From a virus (Duplodnaviria; Caudoviricetes): a stretch of 64,000 nt of DNA. Position numbers and translations under genes: made by a program. Below the pieces are notes generated by a model. It did not search any database and was not told the DNA's origin. It saw nothing but the letters and a program-made list of their open reading frames with translations. Positions 1 through 9,419 of the stretch are shown piece after piece (positions within the stretch are counted from its first letter, which is position 1; each line of letters opens with the position of its first letter). The stretch lies in the IMG/VR virus record IMGVR_UViG_3300028591_000096; one strand, 5' to 3'.

Positions 1-180
1 GAGATGATTCAGAATTTATACATGATAAGCTTTATTTATTTTTTAAAAACAAAAACGAGATTGATGTGGAGGTTGGAAAAGTAATATTACAAAGATATAA
101 CTCCAAAATTATAGATTCCATGAACTGAGATGGAACAAAGAACTAATATCTGTTGAATTAACAATAATAGAAAATAACAA

Positions 181-627
181 ATGACAAGAATAAATTCAGC
201 AATCCACGTTAAATGTCTTACTGATGAGCATCTATTGGCTGAACAAAGGGAAATAAAAAGACTACCTTATTGCTTAAGAAAAGCTATTGTGAGCGGAAGT
301 ATATATAAGATTCCTGTAAAATTTACATTAGGTAAAGGTCATGTGTTGTTTTTCTTGGATAAGATGTCTTTTGTATTAGGAAGATATTCCGAAATATATT
401 ATGAACTTATACACAGAGGATTCGATGTTCATGATTACTCTGATAACTGGAAAGGAATCGATTCAAAATATTTCAATAAACATAATTGCAATTTAGAGGA
501 AAAGAAATTGCTTATTGATAGGATAAGTGATAGAATAATGAACAGTAAAAAGAAATACTGGCATTATTATGGTAAAACGATAAGTAAAGAAGATGCCATT
601 GTATTATTAAAACAAAAAAGCAGATAA
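181..627 (+). CDS. denV: Pyrimidine-dimer DNA glycosylase (T4 endonuclease V-like)
   Basis: MTRIN N-terminus, LTDEHLLAEQREIKR and FTLGKGHVLFF match the DenV signatures, including catalytic Thr2 and Glu. Confidence 0.93.
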   Translation: MTRINSAIHVKCLTDEHLLAEQREIKRLPYCLRKAIVSGSIYKIPVKFTLGKGHVLFFLDKMSFVLGRYSEIYYELIHRGFDVHDYSDNWKGIDSKYFNKHNCNLEEKKLLIDRISDRIMNSKKKYWHYYGKTISKEDAIVLLKQKSR

Positions 628-640
628 AGATCTGCTTTTT
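615..640. terminator. Intrinsic terminator, probably bidirectional
   Basis: AAAAAGCAGAT-AAAG-ATCTGCTTTTT hairpin between convergent genes. Confidence 0.75.
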
Positions 641-729
641 ATTACTGAACTATAAGACCATAATATTCCTTAATATGTATTATACCTGATATTCTTAATT
701 CAAGGATTCCAGTTTTAAATTAGATTTTA

Positions 730-1263
730 TTATGGCTTAGCTATTCTTATCTTTCTCTTAGGCTTTTGATCTTCATGTTGTTCAGTGTTATCATTTCCTC
801 CAAGAGCATCGAATGAAATTTCTGGTTTATCTATCGTCTCTCCTGGTGTAAGATCTTCACCGTCACCTTCTCTTGGATCCTGGAAATCCTCCTTGTCGTG
901 TACTAGATCAAGCATGTTATCTGTCTTCTTAGCATCATGCTCGTAGTAATTGTACTTAGTAGCTCCTTCTGTCTCAAGATATTTCCAAAGGTTAACCAAT
1001 GCAATATCCATAAGGCTTCTGAACTCACCATACTCTTCCTGTAAGTCTCTCCAGTCCTTTCTCTCATCGAAGTTAAAATCCTTCAACACATCGATAGCAA
1101 ACTTTCTGTCCTCGATATAGTTAAGTAATTCATACTGAACGAAACCGTGAAGACGTTCAATATCATTGTTCTGAACATCCTCTTGTGTAATAAGGTTCTT
1201 ATCGATAGCTGACTGAACCTTCTCTACAATTTCATTAAGAAATACGTCCTTATTAAATTTCAT
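730..1263 (-). CDS. Hypothetical protein with acidic C-terminal tail, possibly head-associated
   Basis: 177-aa ORF in a late-promoter unit; FLNE motif near the N-terminus. Confidence 0.7.
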   Translation of the reverse strand: MKFNKDVFLNEIVEKVQSAIDKNLITQEDVQNNDIERLHGFVQYELLNYIEDRKFAIDVLKDFNFDERKDWRDLQEEYGEFRSLMDIALVNLWKYLETEGATKYNYYEHDAKKTDNMLDLVHDKEDFQDPREGDGEDLTPGETIDKPEISFDALGGNDNTEQHEDQKPKRKIRIAKP

Positions 1264-1276
1264 ATTATATCAAGAA

Positions 1277-1762
1277 TTAGAATTTAACGGACTTTATTTT
1301 AGATCCTATATAGTCGCAGCAAACAGTGTACATCCACTGCTTTGCAACCTTGTTAGACAACTTCTTCTTGGTGTATTCCTCTACCTTTGCCTTTATTTCC
1401 TTACAGCATCCACATTCTTTACCATGTACTGCGTTACTGATGAAATCCTCAGCACAAACCTTGAATTCTTTCTTGAAAAACTTTTCAATCTGCTCATCGG
1501 TTGACTTCTCTGTAAGTACTGCCTTACTCTCATTAAGGAAAGCAACACCCTTATCTGTTATGCCAGTAGATGAATTCCACATCTCATTGAGCATTGACTT
1601 GTAAGAAGCTCTTTCAGCCTCACTCAATGAATTAAAATCCTTTACAGCATATTCATGCTTAATAGCAGCGATAAGTTTAGCCTTATCAGCAGCAAATGCT
1701 TTCTGCTGTTCATTAATCGCTACATTCTTGGATGTATTATATACGTTTTCAAATGACTTCAT
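1277..1762 (-). CDS. Hypothetical protein, probable internal head protein
   Basis: MKSFENVY start resembles T4 capsid-targeting sequences; AINE, FLNES and LTE motifs; late promoter upstream. Confidence 0.65.
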   Translation of the reverse strand: MKSFENVYNTSKNVAINEQQKAFAADKAKLIAAIKHEYAVKDFNSLSEAERASYKSMLNEMWNSSTGITDKGVAFLNESKAVLTEKSTDEQIEKFFKKEFKVCAEDFISNAVHGKECGCCKEIKAKVEEYTKKKLSNKVAKQWMYTVCCDYIGSKIKSVKF

Positions 1763-1784
1763 TTATATTAACGTTAACTTTTAC

Positions 1785-1793
1785 TATTTATCT
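1785..1793 (-). promoter_or_regulatory. Late promoter (gp55-type) AGATAAATA
   Basis: Variant of T4 TATAAATA about 22 nt upstream of the 1762 start; the motif recurs across the window. Confidence 0.7.
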
Positions 1794-1797
1794 ATTT

Positions 1798-2601
1798 TTA
1801 AGCTATTCTAATATTTTTCACAGAACGGAAAGGAACCTCATCCCTGTCATATTCAAACTGTCCTGGCTTCACTTCATTAGCAAAGTCTGATTCATCTGAT
1901 ATGAGTACAATTTCATGTCCTTTCTTGATGTTATTGATAGCATATATCTTTATATAAGATCCACTTGGATCATCCACATACTCATAATCTGCATTTGGTT
2001 CAATATTACAAGTTTTAGAATCCCTGTAAAAACTGGCATATCCAAATGGTATTGCATATATACCCTTAGACTTATCTATTGTGAACGCAAACTCCCTTAT
2101 ATTCTCAGAGTAAAGATCGCTATCATATATTAGCCTTACTGGGCACGTCTCTATACTATCCCCTTTTCCGAAGAACTGACCAGCGATCATTCTACCACCT
2201 TTATACATAATCTTGTTGTCGGTGTTATTGTTCCACAGTCTCACTTTGGATATCTTCATATCCTTGTCAGGATCAATGTCAATAATTTCCTCATATCTGG
2301 TATCAATACTATGATCATCAACTTCATCGAAAGGGTTATAAAAACCTTCCTTTACTGCGTTCTTTCTAAAGTTATATTCCTTAATGATCATCTCTGTCTG
2401 TTTTGACAGCGAAGCAGCCTCATTAATAACATCATCATCACTTGAACTGTTAGCGGTGATAGAATATGCCTCAGCAAGATTAAGAAGATTTATAACGGAT
2501 TCTTTTGATATTGTTGATTTGTAATATCGATCATGATTGATATCCTGGATTGTTTCCAGGATACCTTCACGATAATATTTCAATGTATCTTTGTTTGTCA
2601 T
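1798..2601 (-). CDS. SET-domain protein (degenerate catalytic motifs)
   Basis: GGRMIAGQFFGKGDSIETCPV...FGYASFYRDS...PNA...IKIYAINNIKKGHEI follows the viral/bacterial SET pattern; NHS is replaced by RDS. Confidence 0.75.
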   Translation of the reverse strand: MTNKDTLKYYREGILETIQDINHDRYYKSTISKESVINLLNLAEAYSITANSSSDDDVINEAASLSKQTEMIIKEYNFRKNAVKEGFYNPFDEVDDHSIDTRYEEIIDIDPDKDMKISKVRLWNNNTDNKIMYKGGRMIAGQFFGKGDSIETCPVRLIYDSDLYSENIREFAFTIDKSKGIYAIPFGYASFYRDSKTCNIEPNADYEYVDDPSGSYIKIYAINNIKKGHEIVLISDESDFANEVKPGQFEYDRDEVPFRSVKNIRIA

Positions 2602-2604
2602 TGT

Positions 2605-5600
2605 TTATCCAATCTTATGTTTACCAAGATAATTCTTTTCAGTAACACGATCCATCTTATCGAACTTAACAAGCATTACGCTTTCATATAATGGAGTTGC
2701 AACAGATGGTGTATAGTTATGTTCTGAAACAAGAGTGTATTTCTGTTTCAAATCATAAGGCATGAACTTTGCAAGTTTTGATGTCTTTGCAAATCCAGCA
2801 CAATCTGATCTCTCAAGAAGTGTTTTTCTGAATCTTTGATTATCAAGTTTTGATACCTTGTTTGATCCGTCATCATATATCGCTTCAGAAAGTACGAACC
2901 AATTTCTCATTCTCTTATCGAACTTACGTGTAATATTAACATTTGTAGAATAAGACTCAGAAACTTCATAACTATGTCTGTAAGTTACATTTACTGATTC
3001 TTTCTGAGGTGCTTTCTGAACTGCTTGAACAAGTCCCTTTGTAAGAATGTCTACACTCCAGTTATCTGTTGGGATTTCGATTGCTGGAACATCAGTTCCG
3101 CTGTACTTAACAGAAACCTTTACATTGCCATTTACAATCTCAGCAAGAAGTGTTATGTTACATCCTTTTAGATTAGCACTTACCTTCTGTGAAGGACCAG
3201 TTGCCTTAGGATCAATAATTTCAACATTACCATCCTTCTGTGCCTTTATATCAAACAAAGGGGTCTTTGTTGAAGAATCCTGGACAGGAACAGCAAGCTT
3301 GAACAAAGATTCGACATCAGCTTTTATCTTTCCTTCAATCTCAGCATTATTATGTACATCACCTTGTGCTACCGCAAACCTTGAAGATTCAATATGATTT
3401 CCGTTTACAAGAGCATCATTTATATTCTTTATTGCTGTTTCAATATCATCCTTTGAATCTGCTGGAACAACCTGGAAAATATTCTCATTGTAATAGATAA
3501 TAATACCATGCTTCATATTGGTCTTAATCTTTGGATCATTTCCTTCCTTTATCAAAGTAGGATAGATGTAGAATATCACATTATCTTCTTTACCGTCTCT
3601 CTTGATTCCAGTATCGAATGTGATATAAGGTTTCTGCATCTTTTCTTTCTTTACAAGGTAAGGTTTACCTAAACCTTTTATGAAACCTGATCCAGATGGC
3701 TTATTGAATGGTGTAACTTCAAACCAGTCATCACTGACACCAAGTTTGTTATATTCATCAATAATCTTCTGTGCTAATTCACCAGCATCATTTGAAAGCT
3801 TGTCAGATGCACCTTCGCGATTCTCTATTTCCTCTACAGCGTTATTAAGTTGATCAAGTGAAATCTTTCCATATGATGCTTTCTGTATACTTCCAGTCTG
3901 CTTTAGTATATTACCTAAGATTATCTGTTTTATCTTTGCTGCATTCTTATTGACTTTCTTGAACTCGAGACTTGTAGACTTCTCATCAAATTCATCAATG
4001 CTACATGCTGGATCAATTTCAATACTTGATCCATCGAACTTGTTCTCAGTTACTGGGTCAGCTATAGTTTTTCCAGAACTTACATCAATATTACAGATAA
4101 ACACAGTCTTTACAAGATCCTTCTTCGCATTATCTGTTCCTGGCTCAATTACTGGAGTTCCTTCTGAATTAGTAGAAGAATCAACAGCTGAAGAATCACC
4201 TTCGCCTTCCTCGTTTAATTTATCCTTCATAGGAATTCCAAGAGATTCCTCATCCGCTTCAATCATAGCAAACATATATTCGTAAATCTCTCTTCCTCTT
4301 GATGTTTGTGCAACTCTTGCATACAATGGTGATTCTGCCTTTACATTAACATCTAGATTTTGATCTGATTCTGGCTTTTCGTTAATCTTCTTAACAAGTT
4401 CATCGGTTGTATGTACATTCTCTGGTTCAACTGGTTTCTCTCCATCGTATACAGAGAAGTATTTCTTGATTCTGTCAGAATATGCATTCTCAAATCCCAT
4501 ATTCTCATCTTGATTATCAGATTTTGCTTTTACAAAATCATCAAAATCATTATATTTCAGATAATTGTCAATCTTGAACAGCTTAGCACCTATTATTTCA
4601 TAACTGTCACCCTTAGTTGTTACTAGATAAACTGTATTGTATCCTTTTTCTTTGTCTTCCTTACTAGACTTTGCATATAGGAACTGAGTAACTTTACCCT
4701 TACCTTCACCTACAGTTCTCTTATAAACTTCTGAGTTCTGTTCTGGTGTCCAGTCAAGTAGAACTGGATCGAGTGAAAGCCACTTGCTATATTCCTCATC
4801 AAATTCGTCATGATCCTTATATGCATCATAATCTATATCATCGGTTGAAAGTGTCGCTACACCATCATCTCCTATTTCATAATAATCTCCATTTTGTCCT
4901 TTAACGAGTCCAATCAATTTGAACTTCATTTTATTTGCTTCTTTATCAAAGTTAATTACTTCAGCAATCGCTACATTACCTTGTTCAACTTCCTGATCGG
5001 CAAGAACAGCCTGACCGTTTCCAGTCTGACGGAGAAGATAATATTCACCCTTCTTTGGTACGATATCAAGAACATAGTCAGCATCACTTGCAAGACCAGA
5101 CTTGAATACAGGAATAACCTTCTCTATAATAAAATCAAGATAATTTATATACGCCTCGCTTGAAACAATTTCAGTAATAACATGTGAGAAGTTGTTATCA
5201 TAGAAATCCTTCTGTGAATCCCACATATTCTCAAGCTTCTCCTTAGAAGCAACGATAAGGTTAGAGTGCTTTTCATCCTTAGCCTCAGAATATTTAACGA
5301 AATTAGAAATTATACCGTTACCTATAGCATAGTAATGTTTCAGCATCTTACGGTATGCTTTCTCTATTCTTTCATATTGTTTTGTATATGAGTTCTTCTC
5401 AGGTTTTTGATATTTTTTCAAAATCTCTGTTAGTTTGTCACATGCTGATGTATCAATGTCTGCAAGTGATTTAGAACTTATTCCTATCTCACGGAACACT
5501 TGCTGCATGTTTACATATTTGTCTGCATAGTTGTTAATGATAGCATAGCATATTTCTCTTGTAGATTCTTTTGTTACTTGAATCTGTTTTGGTTCACCTA

Positions 5601-6546
5601 CTGGCTTACCATTCTTATATCTCTGATACAGGAACTGTCCTGCACGTACAGCAAGTGATGTAAGAGCAACACCAGCAGAAATCATAGCAAGTACAGACTC
5701 ATCAACTTTGTCTTGAGAAACACCTTCGTTAAGGAATTCTTCAGAATATGCTTCATGGAAACTAGAATATACCTTACCACTATAAGCAGATGTACTTACA
5801 TTCTGCTGTGATCCACTTACACTTGCATCTGAGTTTCTGTCATCATCAACCTTTGATTCATCAGCACCCAACTTAATTTTACTGAAGGCATCCTGTGCTG
5901 TACGGAAATCCATCTCTATCTCTTCAATATATTGTGAGCAGAATGGATATAATCCTATATTTCCAGTCTTATGGTTCTTTGATTTCCAGTTTCCAGTCCA
6001 CATTCTGGAGATCCAATCATAAATTCTGCTACCGATTCCAGGCATTACTGATTTCATGTTAAGACCATCTTCTGCAAGAGTGAATTCTTTCTGTGCTCTC
6101 TGTAAAGTTTTAACAACTCTGTTATAGCGGATCTTAATACTCTTGTTAAGTCCTTTGATTAATTTTGAAATAGCAAGAATAAGTGCAGCAGAACCAGCTA
6201 CAATTGCAGCCTCTTTCCAGTGCGTTCCAAACCAAGCAAGACCATCTCCCAAACTTGAATGATGTACACTTTGATCAATATTAATGTTCGTTATGCTATG
6301 ATCATCTATATTTACCCCTCCATTAGAGTCAGATGAAGATTTACCCATAAGTATGTCCTTTGCTTTTTTAACTGATTTTTTGAATTCTGGTGTTGTTACT
6401 GGTACTGGTGCATCATTTCCTCCAGTAACTGCACGATCTGCACCAGTATACACTGTGTTTGAGTGAAATCCTGATGCGTTGTCCTCATTAACTTTATTAA
6501 TCGACCTTAAATTTCTCATTTTCTTACCAAGAAAATTATCTTTCAT
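2605..6546 (-). CDS. Large virion-associated protein with two hydrophobic segments (probable true start 6519)
   Basis: 1313-aa ORF with many (L/V/I)-x-E motifs. The late promoter abuts the first ATG, so Met10 is the likelier start. Confidence 0.65.
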   Translation of the reverse strand: MKDNFLGKKMRNLRSINKVNEDNASGFHSNTVYTGADRAVTGGNDAPVPVTTPEFKKSVKKAKDILMGKSSSDSNGGVNIDDHSITNINIDQSVHHSSLGDGLAWFGTHWKEAAIVAGSAALILAISKLIKGLNKSIKIRYNRVVKTLQRAQKEFTLAEDGLNMKSVMPGIGSRIYDWISRMWTGNWKSKNHKTGNIGLYPFCSQYIEEIEMDFRTAQDAFSKIKLGADESKVDDDRNSDASVSGSQQNVSTSAYSGKVYSSFHEAYSEEFLNEGVSQDKVDESVLAMISAGVALTSLAVRAGQFLYQRYKNGKPVGEPKQIQVTKESTREICYAIINNYADKYVNMQQVFREIGISSKSLADIDTSACDKLTEILKKYQKPEKNSYTKQYERIEKAYRKMLKHYYAIGNGIISNFVKYSEAKDEKHSNLIVASKEKLENMWDSQKDFYDNNFSHVITEIVSSEAYINYLDFIIEKVIPVFKSGLASDADYVLDIVPKKGEYYLLRQTGNGQAVLADQEVEQGNVAIAEVINFDKEANKMKFKLIGLVKGQNGDYYEIGDDGVATLSTDDIDYDAYKDHDEFDEEYSKWLSLDPVLLDWTPEQNSEVYKRTVGEGKGKVTQFLYAKSSKEDKEKGYNTVYLVTTKGDSYEIIGAKLFKIDNYLKYNDFDDFVKAKSDNQDENMGFENAYSDRIKKYFSVYDGEKPVEPENVHTTDELVKKINEKPESDQNLDVNVKAESPLYARVAQTSRGREIYEYMFAMIEADEESLGIPMKDKLNEEGEGDSSAVDSSTNSEGTPVIEPGTDNAKKDLVKTVFICNIDVSSGKTIADPVTENKFDGSSIEIDPACSIDEFDEKSTSLEFKKVNKNAAKIKQIILGNILKQTGSIQKASYGKISLDQLNNAVEEIENREGASDKLSNDAGELAQKIIDEYNKLGVSDDWFEVTPFNKPSGSGFIKGLGKPYLVKKEKMQKPYITFDTGIKRDGKEDNVIFYIYPTLIKEGNDPKIKTNMKHGIIIYYNENIFQVVPADSKDDIETAIKNINDALVNGNHIESSRFAVAQGDVHNNAEIEGKIKADVESLFKLAVPVQDSSTKTPLFDIKAQKDGNVEIIDPKATGPSQKVSANLKGCNITLLAEIVNGNVKVSVKYSGTDVPAIEIPTDNWSVDILTKGLVQAVQKAPQKESVNVTYRHSYEVSESYSTNVNITRKFDKRMRNWFVLSEAIYDDGSNKVSKLDNQRFRKTLLERSDCAGFAKTSKLAKFMPYDLKQKYTLVSEHNYTPSVATPLYESVMLVKFDKMDRVTEKNYLGKHKIG

Positions 6547-6592
6547 TATTTATCTAAAGGAAAATCGCTTACTTTAAAATTACTGATAAATA
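6547..6592. promoter_or_regulatory. Back-to-back late promoters (6547-6555 minus; 6584-6592 plus)
   Basis: AGATAAATA and TGATAAATA face divergent genes. Confidence 0.7.
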
Positions 6593-6611
6593 ACGAAAAG
6601 CAATATAGTAA

Positions 6612-7259
6612 ATGTATAAATCAATTTTTGCATTTGATTTCTCATGCAATAAGCCAGCTATGACATCATATATAAATGGTGTTATTGATTTTTATGTATG
6701 GCCATCGAATATAGACACTAAGTCATATGACAGGCTTACAAGTTGTGATGTTAATATTTTTGATAGAAAACTTGAACATATCAAGGACAAATCACTCGAT
6801 CAACATGAATTGATACTTGAACACGTTGATAGAGCAATTAATCTCAGTGAGATTATTTTACAGACTATAGATAATCTCGTCTCTGATAACAATTTATCGA
6901 AAGATGATGTTGTTATTGCTAATGAAGGATTTGCATTTTCAGCAAAAGGTGATGCAGCTTTACAACTTTCTGGATATAAGTATGTACTAATTGAAGCTCT
7001 TATAAAGCACGGGTACACCAATCTTAAAACTTATTCGCCAACCACAATAAAGAAAACAGCAGAATGTTCAAAGAAAGGTTTTGGAAAAGATGCAATGATT
7101 GAAGCAATGGCACAACAGGATATTGATCATCACCTTATAAAAATACTTCATGATGATCCAGATTATCTTAAAAAGAAATCAAATTATGTTCTTTGTATGG
7201 ATGATATTGCCGATTCTTTCTGGAACCTGAAAACATGTATGAAAGATTTGAATGGCTGA
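6612..7259 (+). CDS. RuvC-like Holliday junction resolvase
   Basis: AFDFS, ANEGFAF, SPTTIKK, KDAM and DDIADSFW give the RNase H-fold RuvC acidic set. Confidence 0.8.
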   Translation: MYKSIFAFDFSCNKPAMTSYINGVIDFYVWPSNIDTKSYDRLTSCDVNIFDRKLEHIKDKSLDQHELILEHVDRAINLSEIILQTIDNLVSDNNLSKDDVVIANEGFAFSAKGDAALQLSGYKYVLIEALIKHGYTNLKTYSPTTIKKTAECSKKGFGKDAMIEAMAQQDIDHHLIKILHDDPDYLKKKSNYVLCMDDIADSFWNLKTCMKDLNG

Positions 7260-8778
7260 AGTTAAGTATACAATATCAAGAACAGATATAGAGAATACAC
7301 CAAAAATGTTCATATATTCAAAGACTGATCTTTACCATACCGTCAGAATAGATAAAGATGGAAAAGAAACTTTCAATGGTGATGTATCTGAATATATGGT
7401 AAGAAACGGTGTAGATGGTATCCCTTCATTTGAAGTTGATAAATGGAGAGACACTGTTGAATCATTCATATACGACCACAACGATAAAGTTGATTCTGGG
7501 GAAGGATTTAATGTCAAATTCAACATAACATCTGTTGACTCAAGAGGTGCGTATGCATATGAAGAAACAGTAAACGGAGAAGTCGTTAAATCTGGTGTAG
7601 GTTGGGGACTTGATTTTGATACTCAGGTTGAAACTGATACATGGATGGATGCGGTAATAGAATACAACAAGGCTAACGGCATCAAAATGCCAAGTGACAA
7701 GATAAGGGAAAAGCTAGATAAACTGAAAGAATCAATAAAGTCACTTGATAATGAACTACCAGAAGATCAAGGATTCGAAATGCCTATGATTTCTGTTGCT
7801 TTACCAAGTCTTAATAGTGATCCTTGTGAATTTGTATCCAAGGTAAAAGAAGCATCTGAGAATGTTGTTGCAACAATAGCTGGTGTGCCTTCACCTAAGG
7901 ATATAATAAACCATAATATTAAAATTGCAAAGGAAAACATATACACAACAGCAACCAGGACTTATGATGCACAGACTAAAATTGTAGAAACACCTGTAAA
8001 TAACATTGACAGAGAAATTATAGATAATACAAATTATTGGAGAGAAGTAAATGCATATTATGATCAGCTTGCAAAAGAAGAAGGGGAAAGCGTAGCTCTG
8101 TTTGATGTTGTTATTGAACCACCAATAAAATATGAACCTATCAATTTAATATATGATGGAGCAGAACCAGCATATAATGATGGTGAAACGTATCTACCAA
8201 CAGGAAATATCCAAACAGTTGAAATATCAGAAAGTGACAAAGCCCTTGAGTATAAAGAAGTTACATATCTCAATATATACAATCCACGTGCGAGTTATGG
8301 AACAGCACAAGAAAATTATATTGCTAAAGATCATGTTGGTGAGGCTATGAAAAATTTATGGGTTCCTTTAAGAAAAGGATGGCAAGAATATGCAACAAAT
8401 ACACTACATATTGATCCTACATGGTGTATAACTTCTGGGTATAGACCAAAAAAATATAATAAAGGATCATCAACATCAGCACATATGTATGGATACGCAA
8501 TAGATGTACAATTGCTTCGATTCCTTAAAAATGGAGAACAAAAGAGAACAGCAGCAAGATATCTTTCTGGCTTTATAAAAGCTTTTCTAAAACAAAATAA
8601 ACATATACAATTCGATCAAGTTCTAATAGAATTTAAGGGAAATTCACTATCAACATCATATACAAGCTGGGTTCATATTGGATATAAAAACCGAAATGGA
8701 TCAACAAGACGACAATTTTATGCGGAATTCAACGCAGGAGCAGAAAAAGGACATCATGGATCGTCAGAAACATTATAA
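7252..8778 (+). CDS. Protein with C-terminal peptidase M15 (Zn peptidoglycan peptidase) domain, probable virion-associated lysin
   Basis: ITSGYR, SAHMYGYAID, FDQVLIE and WVHIGY motifs after a long N-terminal region of unknown fold. Confidence 0.8.
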   Translation: MAEVKYTISRTDIENTPKMFIYSKTDLYHTVRIDKDGKETFNGDVSEYMVRNGVDGIPSFEVDKWRDTVESFIYDHNDKVDSGEGFNVKFNITSVDSRGAYAYEETVNGEVVKSGVGWGLDFDTQVETDTWMDAVIEYNKANGIKMPSDKIREKLDKLKESIKSLDNELPEDQGFEMPMISVALPSLNSDPCEFVSKVKEASENVVATIAGVPSPKDIINHNIKIAKENIYTTATRTYDAQTKIVETPVNNIDREIIDNTNYWREVNAYYDQLAKEEGESVALFDVVIEPPIKYEPINLIYDGAEPAYNDGETYLPTGNIQTVEISESDKALEYKEVTYLNIYNPRASYGTAQENYIAKDHVGEAMKNLWVPLRKGWQEYATNTLHIDPTWCITSGYRPKKYNKGSSTSAHMYGYAIDVQLLRFLKNGEQKRTAARYLSGFIKAFLKQNKHIQFDQVLIEFKGNSLSTSYTSWVHIGYKNRNGSTRRQFYAEFNAGAEKGHHGSSETL

Positions 8779-8885
8779 TAGTTATAACAAATGAAGAATC
8801 CAACTATGGATGAACGTTCAGTAATGAACCTAAAAGTAGTGATTCATTGAAACAAGAAATGAAAACTAATTTTTATTAGATTTTT

Positions 8886-9419
8886 ATGTACGGTACAATT
8901 GATCCAAGAACACAGACACAATTATTAAACGGTATAAAACAACCACCACCTAATGAAAATATACCGAATGATCAGATTCATGACGGTCAAGAGCTTGACG
9001 CAAAAACTAAACTGTATCAGAAACTTGATAATATGAAACCGTTTAAGAGAATGGTTTTTCTTAAAATGATGCAGTTCAACATTCTTTCTGAAACATTGGA
9101 TGCAGTAAACAATGGTAAAAACACACCAGAAAGAGTTTGGAAAAGTGTCATAGGTAAAATGCATGCTATAAAGGATTTGAAAGCTGGTAAAGACAAATCT
9201 GGAATAGACTTCAGTAAAATAATATCAACGCTTCTTCCGCTTATAGGTATGCTTGCGGGTTTATTTCTTGCGTTAAGGCAGGCAGAAAAAGAAGAACAGA
9301 ATGCAGCAGAGCCAGATTTGGATCCAAATTTCCCAGATGAAGAAAAAGCAAAGAATATACAAAGAAGCGTAGTAATGCAACTATGCGAACTAAAAGAAAA
9401 AGGTTTTTCACTTAATTAA
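8886..9419 (+). CDS. Hypothetical protein with one hydrophobic helix
   Basis: 177-aa ORF; IISTLLPLIGMLAGLFLAL; stop overlaps the next start. Confidence 0.65.
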   Translation: MYGTIDPRTQTQLLNGIKQPPPNENIPNDQIHDGQELDAKTKLYQKLDNMKPFKRMVFLKMMQFNILSETLDAVNNGKNTPERVWKSVIGKMHAIKDLKAGKDKSGIDFSKIISTLLPLIGMLAGLFLALRQAEKEEQNAAEPDLDPNFPDEEKAKNIQRSVVMQLCELKEKGFSLN

